64,000 bases of DNA from Saccostrea echinata. Taxonomy: Eukaryota. Positions 51,982 through 64,000 of the stretch are shown here, piece by piece. The translations under genes and the position numbers were made by a program. Within the stretch, counting starts at the first letter, position 1. The number at the start of each line of letters is the position of its first letter. The stretch covers positions 1,302,001 to 1,366,000 of the forward strand of contig NW_026889774.1 in NCBI RefSeq assembly GCF_033153115.1. Direction: 5' to 3'. The notes beneath the pieces are model-generated. The model was not told the DNA's origin, did no database searches, and was given only the letters and a program-made list of their open reading frames with translations.

Positions 51982-52014
51982 TCAGTCTTTAGCGAAATAA
52001 GAGATGGTACTAAA

Positions 52015-52496
52015 TTATTAGTCCCCTACCGGTGAAACCGGAGGGGACTATAGGTTTCCTCTGAGTCTGTCCGTCCGTCTGTCTGTCTAGCTGTCTGTCC
52101 GTCTGTCCCTCTGTCTGTCTGTCAGTCTGTCCCACTTGGTTTTCCGCATTTTTTTCCTAAACGCTTGCAGATATCGAGCTGATTTTTGGTATGCGAGTGT
52201 ATCTTGGTGAGTTACAGATCAAGTTTGCATTTCGTTCCGCTTCAATGATTTTTGAAGGAATTACGGCCTTTTCAATTTTTAAGGGTTTTCCACAATTTTC
52301 TTCTACATGCTTTCAGATATTGAGCTGATTTTTGGTATGTGACTTTACCTTGATTAGTTATAGATCAAGTTTGCATTTCGTCCCGCTTCATTGATTTTTG
52401 ACGGAATTATGGCATTTTCAATTCTTAACGGGAACCAGATTACACTTGCCAGTAGGGGACTAGTATTGCTAATGCAATACTCTCAGAATGCTTGTT
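52015..52496 (+). mobile_element. Compact, complete Helentron-type non-autonomous element
   Basis: 5' TAGTCCCCTACCGG..CCGGAGGGGACTA, (TCTG/TCCG)n, two ~145-bp central repeats, 3' GTAGGGGACTA, hairpin AGTATTGC-TAAT-GCAATACT, CTTGTT end. Confidence 0.85.
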
Positions 52497-53030
52497 TATG
52501 TTCATTTATATGCCACACGCACTTGTCTCAGTAAAAAAAAAACTCTCTCTTATTAACGGAATACTATGGACAAAAACTTTTATTTAAGAAACAAGTTAAT
52601 ATGTGCTAATTCATGCTCATTACAAACAAAAGTATATGACTAAGAAAATTTAATGTTTGTAAATTCATAATGCATGTATTTTGTTTTATAAGGGGATAAA
52701 AGTTGTAGATTTTAAGACTTCTCTAAAGTAATAGACATGCAAGAAGGAAATTCAGTTCGAGGGAGAGGGAGGAGGGGGGCAACCAAACAGAAAATCCAAA
52801 TTAAAGTGAGAACCAACTTATGCTGATTGCTAGATTAAGTCATCAGAATGTAAAATTTCCAGTGGTATGAGATGACCTAAAAGAGTAATCAGTATGTTCC
52901 TTACTTTGTACAACAGAAATCCATGCATCTGCTCATAGAGACATTACAAAGAATGAGTGGGTCAACCTTCCTTCAGAGAGTCTTCTGCAAGTCTGCAATA
53001 AAACAAAGATCTGGAATAATTCTTTTAACT

Positions 53031-53193
53031 TGAGCAGTGAGGGATCTTTTTCGTGCAAACACCTACTGCGACACGGTTTATACGGTCTCACCCGAAGGAC
53101 CGGTCTCCACGTCCCGCAATGGATTCGCAAGGATCAGCTCCTTACTCCGCGACTCTAGTGCAGACGCTCTAACCACTGCGCCATGCGGGCGAC
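53031..53193 (-). mobile_element. 3'-truncated copy of the SINE at 40572-40871
   Basis: GAGCAGTGAGGGATCTTTTTCGTGC...GACGCTCTAACCACTGCGCCATGCGGGCGAC. Confidence 0.85.
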
Positions 53194-53559
53194 AAGATGG
53201 ATAAGATTGATTTATTGATTATTCTTGTTTAACGCCGAGTCGGCATATTTCGGCGATAGATGGACAAGAAAAGAAGCCCTTGACTAGTATATCAGCAAAG
53301 TAGAACGTTTCGGGGACTGTATCTCCCCTTGCTTAAGGGCCACATCCTTAGATTTAATATAAATGAAAGCCCTTGGGTTAAAGATACTCTGTGACAAATT
53401 TGTTAAACATTGGCGTAGGGAGGGGTTCTTCAGAGATGACCCATATTCTAAAACGTTTACACGCACCGCACAAATGGCCATAGCAATAGCTCTTTGAGCC
53501 TTTGGCTAAGAAGAGCTAAATCTTTAACATTAAAAATACTTTAACTTGCACGTTCACCC

Positions 53560-53755
53560 ATTTATGTACAAGACCGGGGATAAAGTGTGGTACTTACAAG
53601 AGCGGATTGGGGATTGAAAGTTCAGCAGCATACTTAATGGACCATATTTTATTATAAAGAAACTTTCAGATTCAACCTATCAAATACGCACGAAGAATGA
53701 AGAAGGGTGATGACAATTTAAGATTGTTTCTCATGACAAATTAAAACCTTTTTAG
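53560..53755 (+). mobile_element. Gypsy-type integrase C-terminal GPY/F remnant
   Basis: YKTGDKVWYL ... NGPYFIIKKLSDSTYQIR ... KIVSHDKLKPF, with stops and a frameshift. Confidence 0.75.
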
Positions 53756-53854
53756 AAAAAAAAACGGTATTTAACTGAGATAAAGCACAACCTTCGTGAC
53801 CCACCCAATTTTCACTCTTTGGCAACATATCATGAAAACCTTAGACAAAATTAG

Positions 53855-54410
53855 TACCAGTGCTAAAGATGTCGCAAGTAAGACGGAGAGAGAAGATACG
53901 TAGAAGTGCATTATAACAAATATCATACCGCCTTGGACGCTGTTCCATACTACTGTAGTTTATGTCATTTTATGGGCAAGACAGAAAGAGGGGTTACCAG
54001 GCATACAAAGGAGTATCGCCTACACAAATTAGCAGAGGAAAATTTGATTCAGCATGAAAAAAACCCGGAAGAGATTACTGTATATCTTCACAAACCCGGA
54101 AGAGATTACTGTATATCTTCACAAGAACGAAAACCCCCTTCAGCTAAGGATGAGCACATTAAAAAGCTATCCTGGGAAGAGAGCAAGAGGATTTGGAGGG
54201 AGAGGTCAAGACACCCTAGGCAAAAACCACGAAAGCAGAGGAGCTTAAGGAAGAGAAGACTAGCACGGATGCTGTTGTGCCAGACTTTCTTACAATCATG
54301 CCAGAGCCACTAAGAGAGAAGGAACCAAATGTATCGAAATCTGTGTTGCCTAACCCCCCGCCTCCAGAACCCGATTTCAACATACTGGGCGAGATCCTTC
54401 ATATAGATTC
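53855..54410 (+). pseudogene. Decayed ORF with two C2H2-like zinc fingers downstream of the integrase remnant
   Basis: YQC*RCRK*DGERRYVEVHYNKYH (C-x2-C-x12-H-x4-H) then YYCSLCHFMGKTERGVTRHTKEYRLH; ~32-bp internal tandem duplication at 54061-54124. Confidence 0.6.
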
Positions 54411-54629
54411 ATTATAGGCAGAGAAGTGTGTAGTGTATAGAGTTACATGTTTACATTTGTAAATTTGTTCTTAAGATTTTGATGAGAACGCCAAAGTTTC
54501 TGAGGGGGAAAATATCATGGTTTTACTTATAGATTAATGTATATAGCATTTTGTGTTGAATGAACTATAAGAATTGTACATCTCTAGCTTTGGATATCCG
54601 CCCCTCAAATTTTTGTTTACATGTACAAT

Positions 54630-55545
54630 TAACTAGATTGAAAAAAGTCTCAACCAGTAATCCACGAAAATTCTGGGAAGAACTGAAAAAAAAACCTGGC
54701 CCAAAGAAAAAGTCAAATGTTCCTGTGGAGTGCTACACTGCAGATGGTGGCATTACTTCTACTTGATCAGATGTACTTAAAATTTGGGAGTCAGATTTAT
54801 CAAAATTATATACATATAGTGACACTAGCTATGATATAGAATTCTACAATGAAAGCCTACAACGTAAACAGCAACTAATGAACAATATTATTGCCCAAGG
54901 ATGAAGTGGCTCATGCTGTTTTAAACTCAAAAGAAGGAAAGACACCTGGATTCGACAATATGTATAACGAGGTACTGAAGAACTATGAAACAATAACCGT
55001 ACTACAGAAATAATTCCAGTTGTGTCATCAAGTTGGAAAAGTACTTACTATAGCAATGGAGGAAAGCACATATTCACCCTATTCCCAAGGATGCATCTAA
55101 TAGTAAGATCCAAGGATACCGTCAAATTACTGAGTAATTAGCCTATTAATTGTCTGTTGTTGCCAAATGCTACAGCTGTGTTTTAAATAAGAGGATACAA
55201 GTTTTCTTGAAGAAAACAATGTTATAGTAGATGAAAATGGATTTAGGAAAGGTATCATGTTTTTACATTGAATATGTAGTTTAATACAGAATCTTTGTCA
55301 ACATTTGTAGATCTAAGGAAAGCAATCGACTGTGTGGATCGTAACCTCCTACAATATAACCTTCAGCTGAATGGCATTGATGGAAATATATACAACGCAA
55401 TAGCCATCCTTTATGTTGACAATGAATCATTTTTATCCATCAGTGGTTTCCATACAAATTGGTTCAACTGTACAAACGGAGCCCGACAAGAAGGTAACCT
55501 TTCACCTACCCTCTTATCATTTTTCTTTTATAAATGATTGAGCTA
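54630..55545 (+). mobile_element. Heavily decayed CR1/L2-group LINE ORF2 fragment (N-terminal RT region)
   Basis: NPRKFWEELKK; GKTPGFD; PIPKD; FVDLRKAIDCVDRNLL; GARQEGNLSPTL. Confidence 0.85.
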
Positions 55546-55789
55546 TAGAAGTTATACTAGGTGAATTATCATCAGGCTCGGAAACAACATTCCTAGCTAC
55601 CCCAGGGTCTGAAATTTTCAGGGAATTGGGCCAGTGATAAACTACAAACACTATGAAAAATTTAGATAATACTAACTATGTCTACTTTTCGTGATCCACC
55701 CCTTTTTATGTTATTTATTTACACAGAATTGTATCTGACTTCGGTAATCAGAAGGTCGTGAGTTCGCGGCTGACCTAAGTCGGTAAATG

Positions 55790-56345
55790 AAATATATGGA
55801 GATAACGAACAGTAATCAAGCTCAAAAGTCCATTAAACAATACAAAATAGGAGCAAAGCAAACACAGACCTCGAAAACATCAAAGGTGGGATCAGGTGCC
55901 GACCGGTCACACCCGCCGTGTTCTCCTTGTCATGATCAGAAATAACGGAAAAATCCGTCGACAATTCAGTGTGTAAATAATGGTCGAACAATTAGTTTGA
56001 AAAATGTCAGTCAGTATTTGACTCAATGATAAATTGTATTTGCTGACAAGGTCATTGTATCGACCATAGAACTTAAGAAATGATGACTTTAAACGAGACT
56101 GCTGATATTCTTGTTTCATCAACTTGTTTGTCAGTAATTTACCTCGTTTTAGAAATTGTACATAGGTACAGCATGCTCTTGCGTATCGAATCAACTGAGA
56201 GATATAAACCCCGTATGCAGGTTGCTGCATAAGTAAGGGAAGTTGACGACAACCATTGTTAATTGACAATACATCGTCGATATATCTAAATGTTGAGTTG
56301 AAGGCCACAGCAAGTGTTTTCTTCTTTTCACATACAAAATTTTGG
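55790..56345 (-). mobile_element. Penelope-like retroelement 3' fragment with an internal deletion
   Basis: FNSTFRYIDDVLSINN joined almost directly to PAYGVYISQLIRYARAC...RLKSSFLKFYGRY. Confidence 0.85.
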
Positions 56346-56371
56346 ACAAATTCTGTAAAAAAAAAACAAAA

Positions 56372-57014
56372 AAACAAGAGGCCCAAGGGCCTTTACGGTC
56401 ACCTGAGTATAATACAACAATTTAGAGGATCCATAGAGTATAAAATGAACTGAAAGGCGAAGCTTTATTGCCCAAAAGCAAGAAAAATAGGGTGATCAGG
56501 ATCAACAAAATAATTAGTCTAGTATTCATTAACAGTTCATAAATTAGGTTATAATCTGTTCCCCATTTATCACTATCACCATACAAGTATATTAACAAAC
56601 TATCAATGCTTCTGTACTATTTTAATTCCTTGTTGAAATCTCTTACATTGGCCTCTTGGTCTTTGATAAACATTTAATAAGACAAGTTATTTTTGTCTCA
56701 TTTTTATTTATCTATTACTTACAAGTCTACCCAATCATTAAAACTACGAAAGTACTTTTTGTATTATAACAATAACAATTCTTGCATAATTCTCTTATTC
56801 TATTAACCTTTCAAGTACATTATTTACAGTGATTAATTATCAAAAGTAAATTGCAAAGAGGAATAACTCCTCTCAGTAGAATACAAATTAATGGAGCCCT
56901 GGCCAGGACCAGAACACTTGACCAAATGGTCCAGATATTCAAAAATCTGGTAAAAATACCCTTCCTTATTTTAAAAAACTTTACTCTTTTTGCCTCTGAT
57001 ATGCCCAAGTGCAG

Positions 57015-57048
<34 letters not shown>

Positions 57049-58275
57049 CAGATTCACTATATTATCAGTAGAGCCCCCCCCCCCCCCCCCATCGAGAAAT
57101 ACCAGAGCCTCTCACCCTGGGACCAGAAGTTTGCTCATCATAAGTAATCACTTTATTTATCTGCTTACCACTAAGGAGCAGACAGGATTATTTAATATAA
57201 TTAGTGCATTTTCAGTATATTATCAAGAGCCCCACCCTTACACCAGCACATCTCACCAAGAGGTCATGCAATTCACTACTCTGGAAGAAGCACTCTTGCT
57301 CATCATAACTATACACTTAATTCTTTGCTTTTTAACTAGAAGCAGAAAAGAATATTATCAAAGAAATTTTGCCTTTTCACTATATAATCAATAGAGCCCC
57401 CGCCCTTTTCTTTCACCAGAACCCTTGACCCTGGGGCCATGAAATTCACAATTTTGGAAGAGGCATCCTTGCATATCATAACAATGAACTTAGTTTGTTT
57501 AAATAATATCCAGGGGCAGAGAAGATTTTCAAAGAAATAATTCACCTTAACTATAGGATCTAAATAGCCCTGCCCTAGCACCAGAACCTCTGACCCTGGG
57601 GCCATGAATTTCACAATTTAAGAAGAGGCATCCTTGCTTATCAGAACAATGTACTTATTTTGTTTAAATAATACACATGAGCAGAGAACAAGATTTTTAA
57701 AGCATTAATGCATTTTCACTACCGTAAATCTGGAAATTTTTACGTCGATTTATTTTTGCGAAACTGGGTCAAAAGTCTGTTGATTAATTTTTACGTTTGA
57801 AATTTTTGCGAATCGTCATTTGAACTAATATATAAAAAGCTCTTAAAATGTTCTTAAACGTTTTAAATAACGTATGTACATACAATAAATTACGAATTAA
57901 CATACAATATTAAACTACGCCAATGTTCAATAATAAGATAAAAAAGTTTGAAAGTGTTGAAAGTTTTCATAGCATTTTCACAAATCACACATGTACATAA
58001 AATATATATAGCAATGTAATCTTAAAGTAATCTTTATATAAAAACATTTTTTGTTTTTGATTTATTTTTAAGAAAAATATTTTTGCGAATGCAATGCATG
58101 CGCAAATTTGCTAAAAATTTATCTACAGCAAAAATTTCCAGATTTACGGTATATAATAAATAGAGCCCCGCCCTAACACCAGAACCCCTGATCCAGGGGC
58201 CATAAAATTCACAATTTTGGAAGAAACATTCTTGCTTATCATAACTATATATTTAATTTGTTTAAATAATACCCA

Positions 58276-58310
<35 letters not shown>

Positions 58311-58352
58311 CTTTCACTATATGATCTATATAGCCCCGCCCTAGCACCAGAA
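56372..58352 (-). mobile_element. Helentron-type element with ~170-bp satellite units
   Basis: AACAAGAGGCCC-AA-GGGCCTT..GGTCACCTGAG terminus; repeated AGCCCCGCCCTAGCACCAGAACCCCTGACCC.GGGGCCATGAAATTCACAATTTT. Confidence 0.75.
57722..58149. mobile_element. Tc1/mariner-type MITE (428 bp) inserted into a satellite unit
   Basis: TA|CCGTAAATCTGGAAATTTTT ... AAAAATTTCCAGATTTACGG|TA; removal restores TTTTCACTATATAAT. Confidence 0.9.
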
Positions 58353-58886
58353 TACTTTGTGAAAAAATGGCTGAAGATGATACACATATGGAATCTTCAA
58401 TGGATACTTGGGATTGGCATGTACATACTTTAAATCAGAGTTTGCATTTAATAGTAATTGTTCGATGTAGATTAAAAGTGTAACATACTGACTGTGTGAA
58501 TATTTATATATAGAACATAAAGAGCTAGCGAGCAGCATCCTGTTTACGACAAATGTGTTTGTTGATTATTTATATTAGCACTTGGTTAATTTATATTAGG
58601 ACGATCGAAGTGAGGGAGAATATAAAAGATCTTTATAAAACTCAGCAAGTCCGATCTTATGGATTTTCTCTTCTTCAAACCTCAACTCATTGCTGCTCTG
58701 AATTTTATTTTCAAAACACATGAAATCTTAAACTTTCTCAAATTATTTCTTCTTTTTCTCCCCTTTACTTGTTTGATCTTATTTTTTGTTTAAGAAACTA
58801 AGATTTGAAACCTTGTTTCTAAGTTTTCGCCTTTTGGCAATACATTTGGTTTCAGTTTGGCATTTACATGTGCATATAAACAATTT

Positions 58887-58888
<2 letters not shown>

Positions 58889-58952
<64 letters not shown>
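58889..58952. repeat. (TA)n microsatellite
   Basis: Pure TA run. Confidence 0.98.
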
Positions 58953-58956
<4 letters not shown>

Positions 58957-61900
58957 CTTTTTTGTTTGTATTTTAGTTGTAAGCCTTTAAGAAACCATAA
59001 TCTGTTTTAACACCAATTTTCTTCAGTGTTCTTCTCTATCTCCATCAACATTTAAAAAAGTTTTTATCATAAACCTGCCAGTACTTAATTCAATTTTCCA
59101 ATATTTAATTGGTCTTCTTGGGAGCTTTTACAAATTTACCATCAATTATTTAAAAGTGTGTCTTGCTCCATTTTAACTCTGGTTTGATGAGAATTGCACA
59201 TCTCTAATGTATGTACAATTGGTTTGAAAAATAAAGAACTTTCCGTCTTGAAAACTCTAGAAGTTGTCCGGACAAGTAATGTTAGTACCTTTTGATAGAT
59301 TCCCGCTCGCCAAACCCGGTTAAACTATTTTTTGTTACAAAAAATGTTAATTCTAATTATCATTCCGAGTTCATTGTATTATGCTATTGAAATAAAATGT
59401 TATGTGTGAAAATATGAATATATAAAATTGTCTATATAATGAATCACATCATAAGGGCAACAGGTAAATTGATGCCCCTAGTCCTGACTCGTATCGGTCA
59501 GGTAAGATCACCTCAAGGATTACGTCTTTGGGTAATCATTTCACCAAGCTGGTCTCATGAAGAGTGTCTTACTGCATGTTGCATGCATCACCTACTTTCA
59601 TGAACATTGTTATTTCATAGAGCTGAAATGAATGTTCGAACATTCGCGAAGGAATATTTTTCATGAATATCCGAATAGAACATTTGTATCTGAATATTCG
59701 GTCACGTTAAATTTGTTGAAAACCCGTATGTCATGCAATAAACTGTACAGCATCCAGTCTTTTAACCGTGATGGAAAGGAGAAGCTGGGTATGGGATAGT
59801 CCGAAATAGCTGACGGTTTCCTAGTTTGTTTACGATTTGACATTTTACGTGCCAGGAAAACGTCAGAACCGGCGCCCTAACGAAAACTGGGAATTCGCCG
59901 CCTCCAACTGGAGGCGGCATTCTCGGGTTGGTTTTCGAAACTTGCGAACCAAATTAAATGTCAAACTCACAACTTATCAATAGTACTTTAGCACTCACCA
60001 ACATCGTTTTTATGGTTCGTTTATAAAATATACCATCCGTTGAAAAACATTTTATCTGACAGTCGAGATTTGTTTTCATTTCGTGCATTTTAAAATATTG
60101 CAATTCCTGTATCAAAATGTGGAGTGATGTTTTCTTTTCATCGATATTGGTGAGTACCAGAAGCATTGTGCTATTGATAAATTGTGAGTTCGGCATTTAA
60201 CGGGGCCGAGTCTAATTATTTCTACCCTAGAGATTTTGATAAATTTTCCTGAATTAATTTTTACTATTATATTTATTGTTTTAAGATTAAAAAATTGAAT
60301 GTTTACCATCCCGATTTCTTAGGGGGTATCTCAAAAGTTGTCAAATTTTACTAATATTTAATGAACCCTATGGGAATTCGTTGGAAAAGCGCCAAATTAC
60401 CGTATTTTTTCCAAAGTTTTTGTATTTCTTCCCTCGAGATTTCTTTTTTTTTTCAAAAAAGTTGACCATCTAGGTTGTTGTAGGAATTATTACAAAGTTT
60501 ATTTTTTTCAATGCCCAATACCTCTAAAATTGTCATATTGCGGTATATGTATATATCGGTGCAGATGAATTATCGGCGCAGATAAATTATTTTGGTAAAA
60601 AAAAAATAGCAATGTTTTGATTGGTAGTGTGTTTCTTTTGATGTTCTATAAACAGTTTTTAGTAAAATATCCATGGACGTCTTATATATACAAGCGAGTC
60701 ATGTGTCATTCTCAGCATCATGCATTGCTTATAAAATCGGAAAACAGTGACGTCGTTAGAGCCATTTCAGCGGTTTTTTCCTCATTATTGTCGTAAAACC
60801 ACAATTTCAGACCATAGGTGTTACAGATAATGTTAATTTTGTATTAAAATCACAATATTTGGGAAAGGTGTAATATCCATGGTACAGATGTGAATTTAAA
60901 ACGCTCTTTTCGAGGTAAACTAAATAAATATCGAAGGCATGGTGCCTAAAGATTTCTTGAATATCAATAGATAATCAGGGTCACGCGTTTTTCATCGTTT
61001 GAATACATAGTCAGCGCATGTTTGTCGGCTGTTCTTAAGAAAACTGTAGTTGTATATTGAACAAAATGTCATATTAAAAGGAGAAGAGCCGACAAACGTG
61101 CGCTCACACTTAATTTAACAAAAAACATGTTCAAAACAAACTTCTCGTTTCCATTGTTATGACTGAGTTAACCTTGATTTGACTTCGGTTGACCTGTTAA
61201 ATATTAAAATTCATCACGTGATGTCCACCTGCGAGTGTACTCGTGAAAACAGTTACATTGTATTCTTCAACCTGACCTCGTTCTAAATCACATCTTTGAG
61301 CGTGTTTGGTTGCCAATTTCAGAATTCAGCAAATTAAATGTTGTTTTAATTTTGCGTGCCCAGACATTTTTTCCTTAATTTCATATTGACATCGCTGTAA
61401 TATGCCATACACATATTCGAATTCTAGAGGGAGAGAGAGAGATGTCAACAATGACGCCGATAGATAGCCCCGCCTTCTATTGATTACGTGACCTAAAAAC
61501 CACTCCGGGTACATGCCAAATTCCGGAAGACGACACTAATGTATCGTTGCTTCAATTTTGATTCATGGCAACAGGGCATTACTTTTGTACAAATGTTCTA
61601 CCTAATATAACCATATATACGTAACTCTTTCTATTGCTTGTAATATATTTTGATTCACTTCATTTACAGCTTTGTACAGTAGTCGCAAAAAGATCCAAAA
61701 TAGGGCGTTAAGTCCACCCATTCTTTCCCGTTTCCTGCATGGCACGTAAAATATCAAATCGCAAACAAGCCAGGAAAACGTCAGGTATTTCGGACTAGGT
61801 ATGGGAGCATTTCTCTCTAAACGAAAGCAAAGACAAAGGAGTTTGCAAACGTCGTCCATCGGCCTCATTAATTATAAATTTCATCCATGACATCATTTCT

Positions 61901-62277
61901 CCGATCTATGACTAAGTGTCACTTTTTTTTTTTAAGATCGAAAGTAATAAAAGGTTTATATCGTACGTAGAGAAATATTCCGGATTAACAAATTGTTTAT
62001 ACTATATAGCGATTCTATAATAAATAATTGCAAAAATCATTCGTGAAATGTATATATGTGTGAGTGTGAGCTACTGAATTAAATTCATTTAATTTTTTTT
62101 TAGTTTCATCGCTAAGTACTGTTGGAAAAAAGTAAATGCGTGGCATTTTTTTCATAAATTCAATTAAGCTAAGCAGGCAACATTGTCAGCCATTCGATAC
62201 GCAATTAATTCTTGATAGATATAATAATTTAATAATAATAAAAAGTATTAAATACATTTGAAAATGTTTTATTTTAG

Positions 62278-63500
62278 GGACACTGGCACTGAACGCGGTA
62301 AAAAGCGGACTTTGCAGGAATCCCAATGAGCACTGCAGTTTAGCAAGAAAAAGCCACGAGAAAGTTGGTTAGCAACTACAAAATATCTGGTTGAAATGTG
62401 TGCCAGAGATCTGCGCCCCTTAAGCATTGTAAATGGAGTAGGGTTTAGAAATTTTGTTCACTGCCTTGACCAATCATTTATCGTACTACCATTAAAAATT
62501 ACACCAATTATTTCTACGGCACATTAAAACAAGCAGTAGCGAATGACTTGCAGTCACACTCATCATTAGTTTACAACCGATACCTGGACATCGTGCGTAA
62601 CGGAAGGCTATCTCACCCTCACAGCTCATTTTATAGATAGTTTGTGGCAATTAAGTACTATGTCTAAGCTACATGTACCAAAGAAGTCAAAGATCACAAA
62701 GGAGAAATCTTGCGAATGAAATTAAAAGTATACTGGAGGACTTCGGACTCTCAATACGCCAGTATTGGGCATCACTACTGATATTGCTGCCATTATGGTA
62801 ACTATGACAACACACCTCGAATGGCTACATATTCTTTGCTTAATTTGCACATACCCTGTAATTTAATGTAAAAGCCGGACTCAAAATCAAGGAAATTTCC
62901 ACTGCAACGGCAGCAGTACGAAACCTTGTGGCTCATTTTAAAAGAAGTTCTTTGGCTTCCAACGAACTGAAGTCTCGCCTGAAGCAATTAGATCTGCCAC
63001 AGCACTCGCTGCTGCAAGACGTCCCCACCAGATGGAATGCTACGTACCCCACCAAACGTCCCCACCAGATGGAATGCTATGTACATTATGTTTGAACGAC
63101 TTCTTGAGCAGCGCCTGGCGATTTTTACCGTCCTTCATAATACATCTATCACATGTCCTTCCGATGCGAGGGCCCTTGAACTATCAGACCAGGTCTGGAA
63201 AATTATGGAGGACTTAGTTCCCGGTTTAAAACCGCTGCAAGTACTACAGCATTTAGCGGAACAAGCTTCCCTACATTGAGCATGGTCTATCCGATTGTAA
63301 TTGGTCTCCTTAAGAATCATTTGAATGTACGAGGAGAAGACACAACTGTTCTAGTCAAATTCAAAGAAGCAGTTACAAAAGACCTCTCGTCTCGATTTCC
63401 ACAAACCGATCATAAATTATCAAGGCACCAATCTGTTCCTACCTGCGCCCTTAAATTCATGACCGAAACTGCTAGGAAAGCTGTTGACATTATTCTTGTA
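62278..63500 (+). pseudogene. ZBED1-like hAT transposase remnant
   Basis: MCARDLRPLSIVNGVGFRNF; FTTDTWTS..TEGYLTLTAHFID; ITTD; LLQDVPTRWNA; MFERLLEQRLAI; many frameshifts. Confidence 0.85.
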
Positions 63501-63599
63501 AAGAGTAAATCAAAAGTGTCATCTCAGAATCGTTTGTAGATAAGATTAACACCATACAATCACAAATTGACCATCTAGAGAGACGCTTAGATGAAATGG

Positions 63600-63825
63600 A
63601 ACAATATTCCAGAAGGAACTGTTTTGATGGGTTTGGCCCCATCCCTCAGAACCTAGGGGACAAGGACTATGAAATTCAGTTTTTGACCCCATTTGCCCAT
63701 AAATGTTTTATACAAAAAATGGTTCGGCAGTTTATGAGAAAAAGCTGAAAATGTTCAAAAGTTTTCGACCGACCAAAGACGCGCACGACGACGGACAAAA
63801 ATAGATAAAAGGGCACCTGAGTGAC
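63600..63825 (-). mobile_element. Helentron-type element fragment
   Basis: GCCCCATCCCTCAGAACC..ATGAAATTCA unit, ACGACGACGGAC microsatellite, CACCTGAGTGACT end. Confidence 0.55.
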
Positions 63826-64000
63826 TATCGGAACTCAGTCCTCAGTCAAATTTCGCTTTGGATCTGAAGTTGAAATAGTACCGATGCCATGCTTATTTCT
63901 GGATCCATGGTACAAATTCCTCCCTTTTCTATCATGAAAAGAGAACTTTTTTACAGGAAGTAATATAAATGCCGCTTCCAGTGATCCAGTCGCTCATTAA

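Overview
AT-rich, intron-containing animal genomic DNA with two ~150-N assembly gaps. The repeat families (Helentron-type non-autonomous elements with 120-180 bp central satellites, tRNA-headed SINEs, CR1/L2 LINEs, Penelope) point to a bivalve, probably an oyster; this is inference. The window is mostly transposon debris, and the ORF track misses the host genes because they are spliced. Manual splicing recovers two minus-strand host genes. (1) A highly divergent PRD-class-like homeobox gene (exons 25552-25688 and 20303-20896) with the diagnostic codon 46/47 intron, K50, and an unusual Gly at the near-invariant Asn51. (2) Two exons of a CUB-domain protein (12277-12536, 10013-10181). Mobile elements include an ~8.9 kb Ginger1-like TIR element inserted at a CCGG site of a small tandem repeat, a six-exon decayed Sola1/DUF7869-like DDE transposase, three hAT elements or remnants, a young 5'-truncated CR1-like LINE with an 11-bp TSD, nested Helentron-type elements, Kolobok- and mariner-type MITEs, and a Gypsy integrase tail followed by an extra C2H2 zinc-finger ORF. 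Family assignments come from recalled motifs, not database searches.
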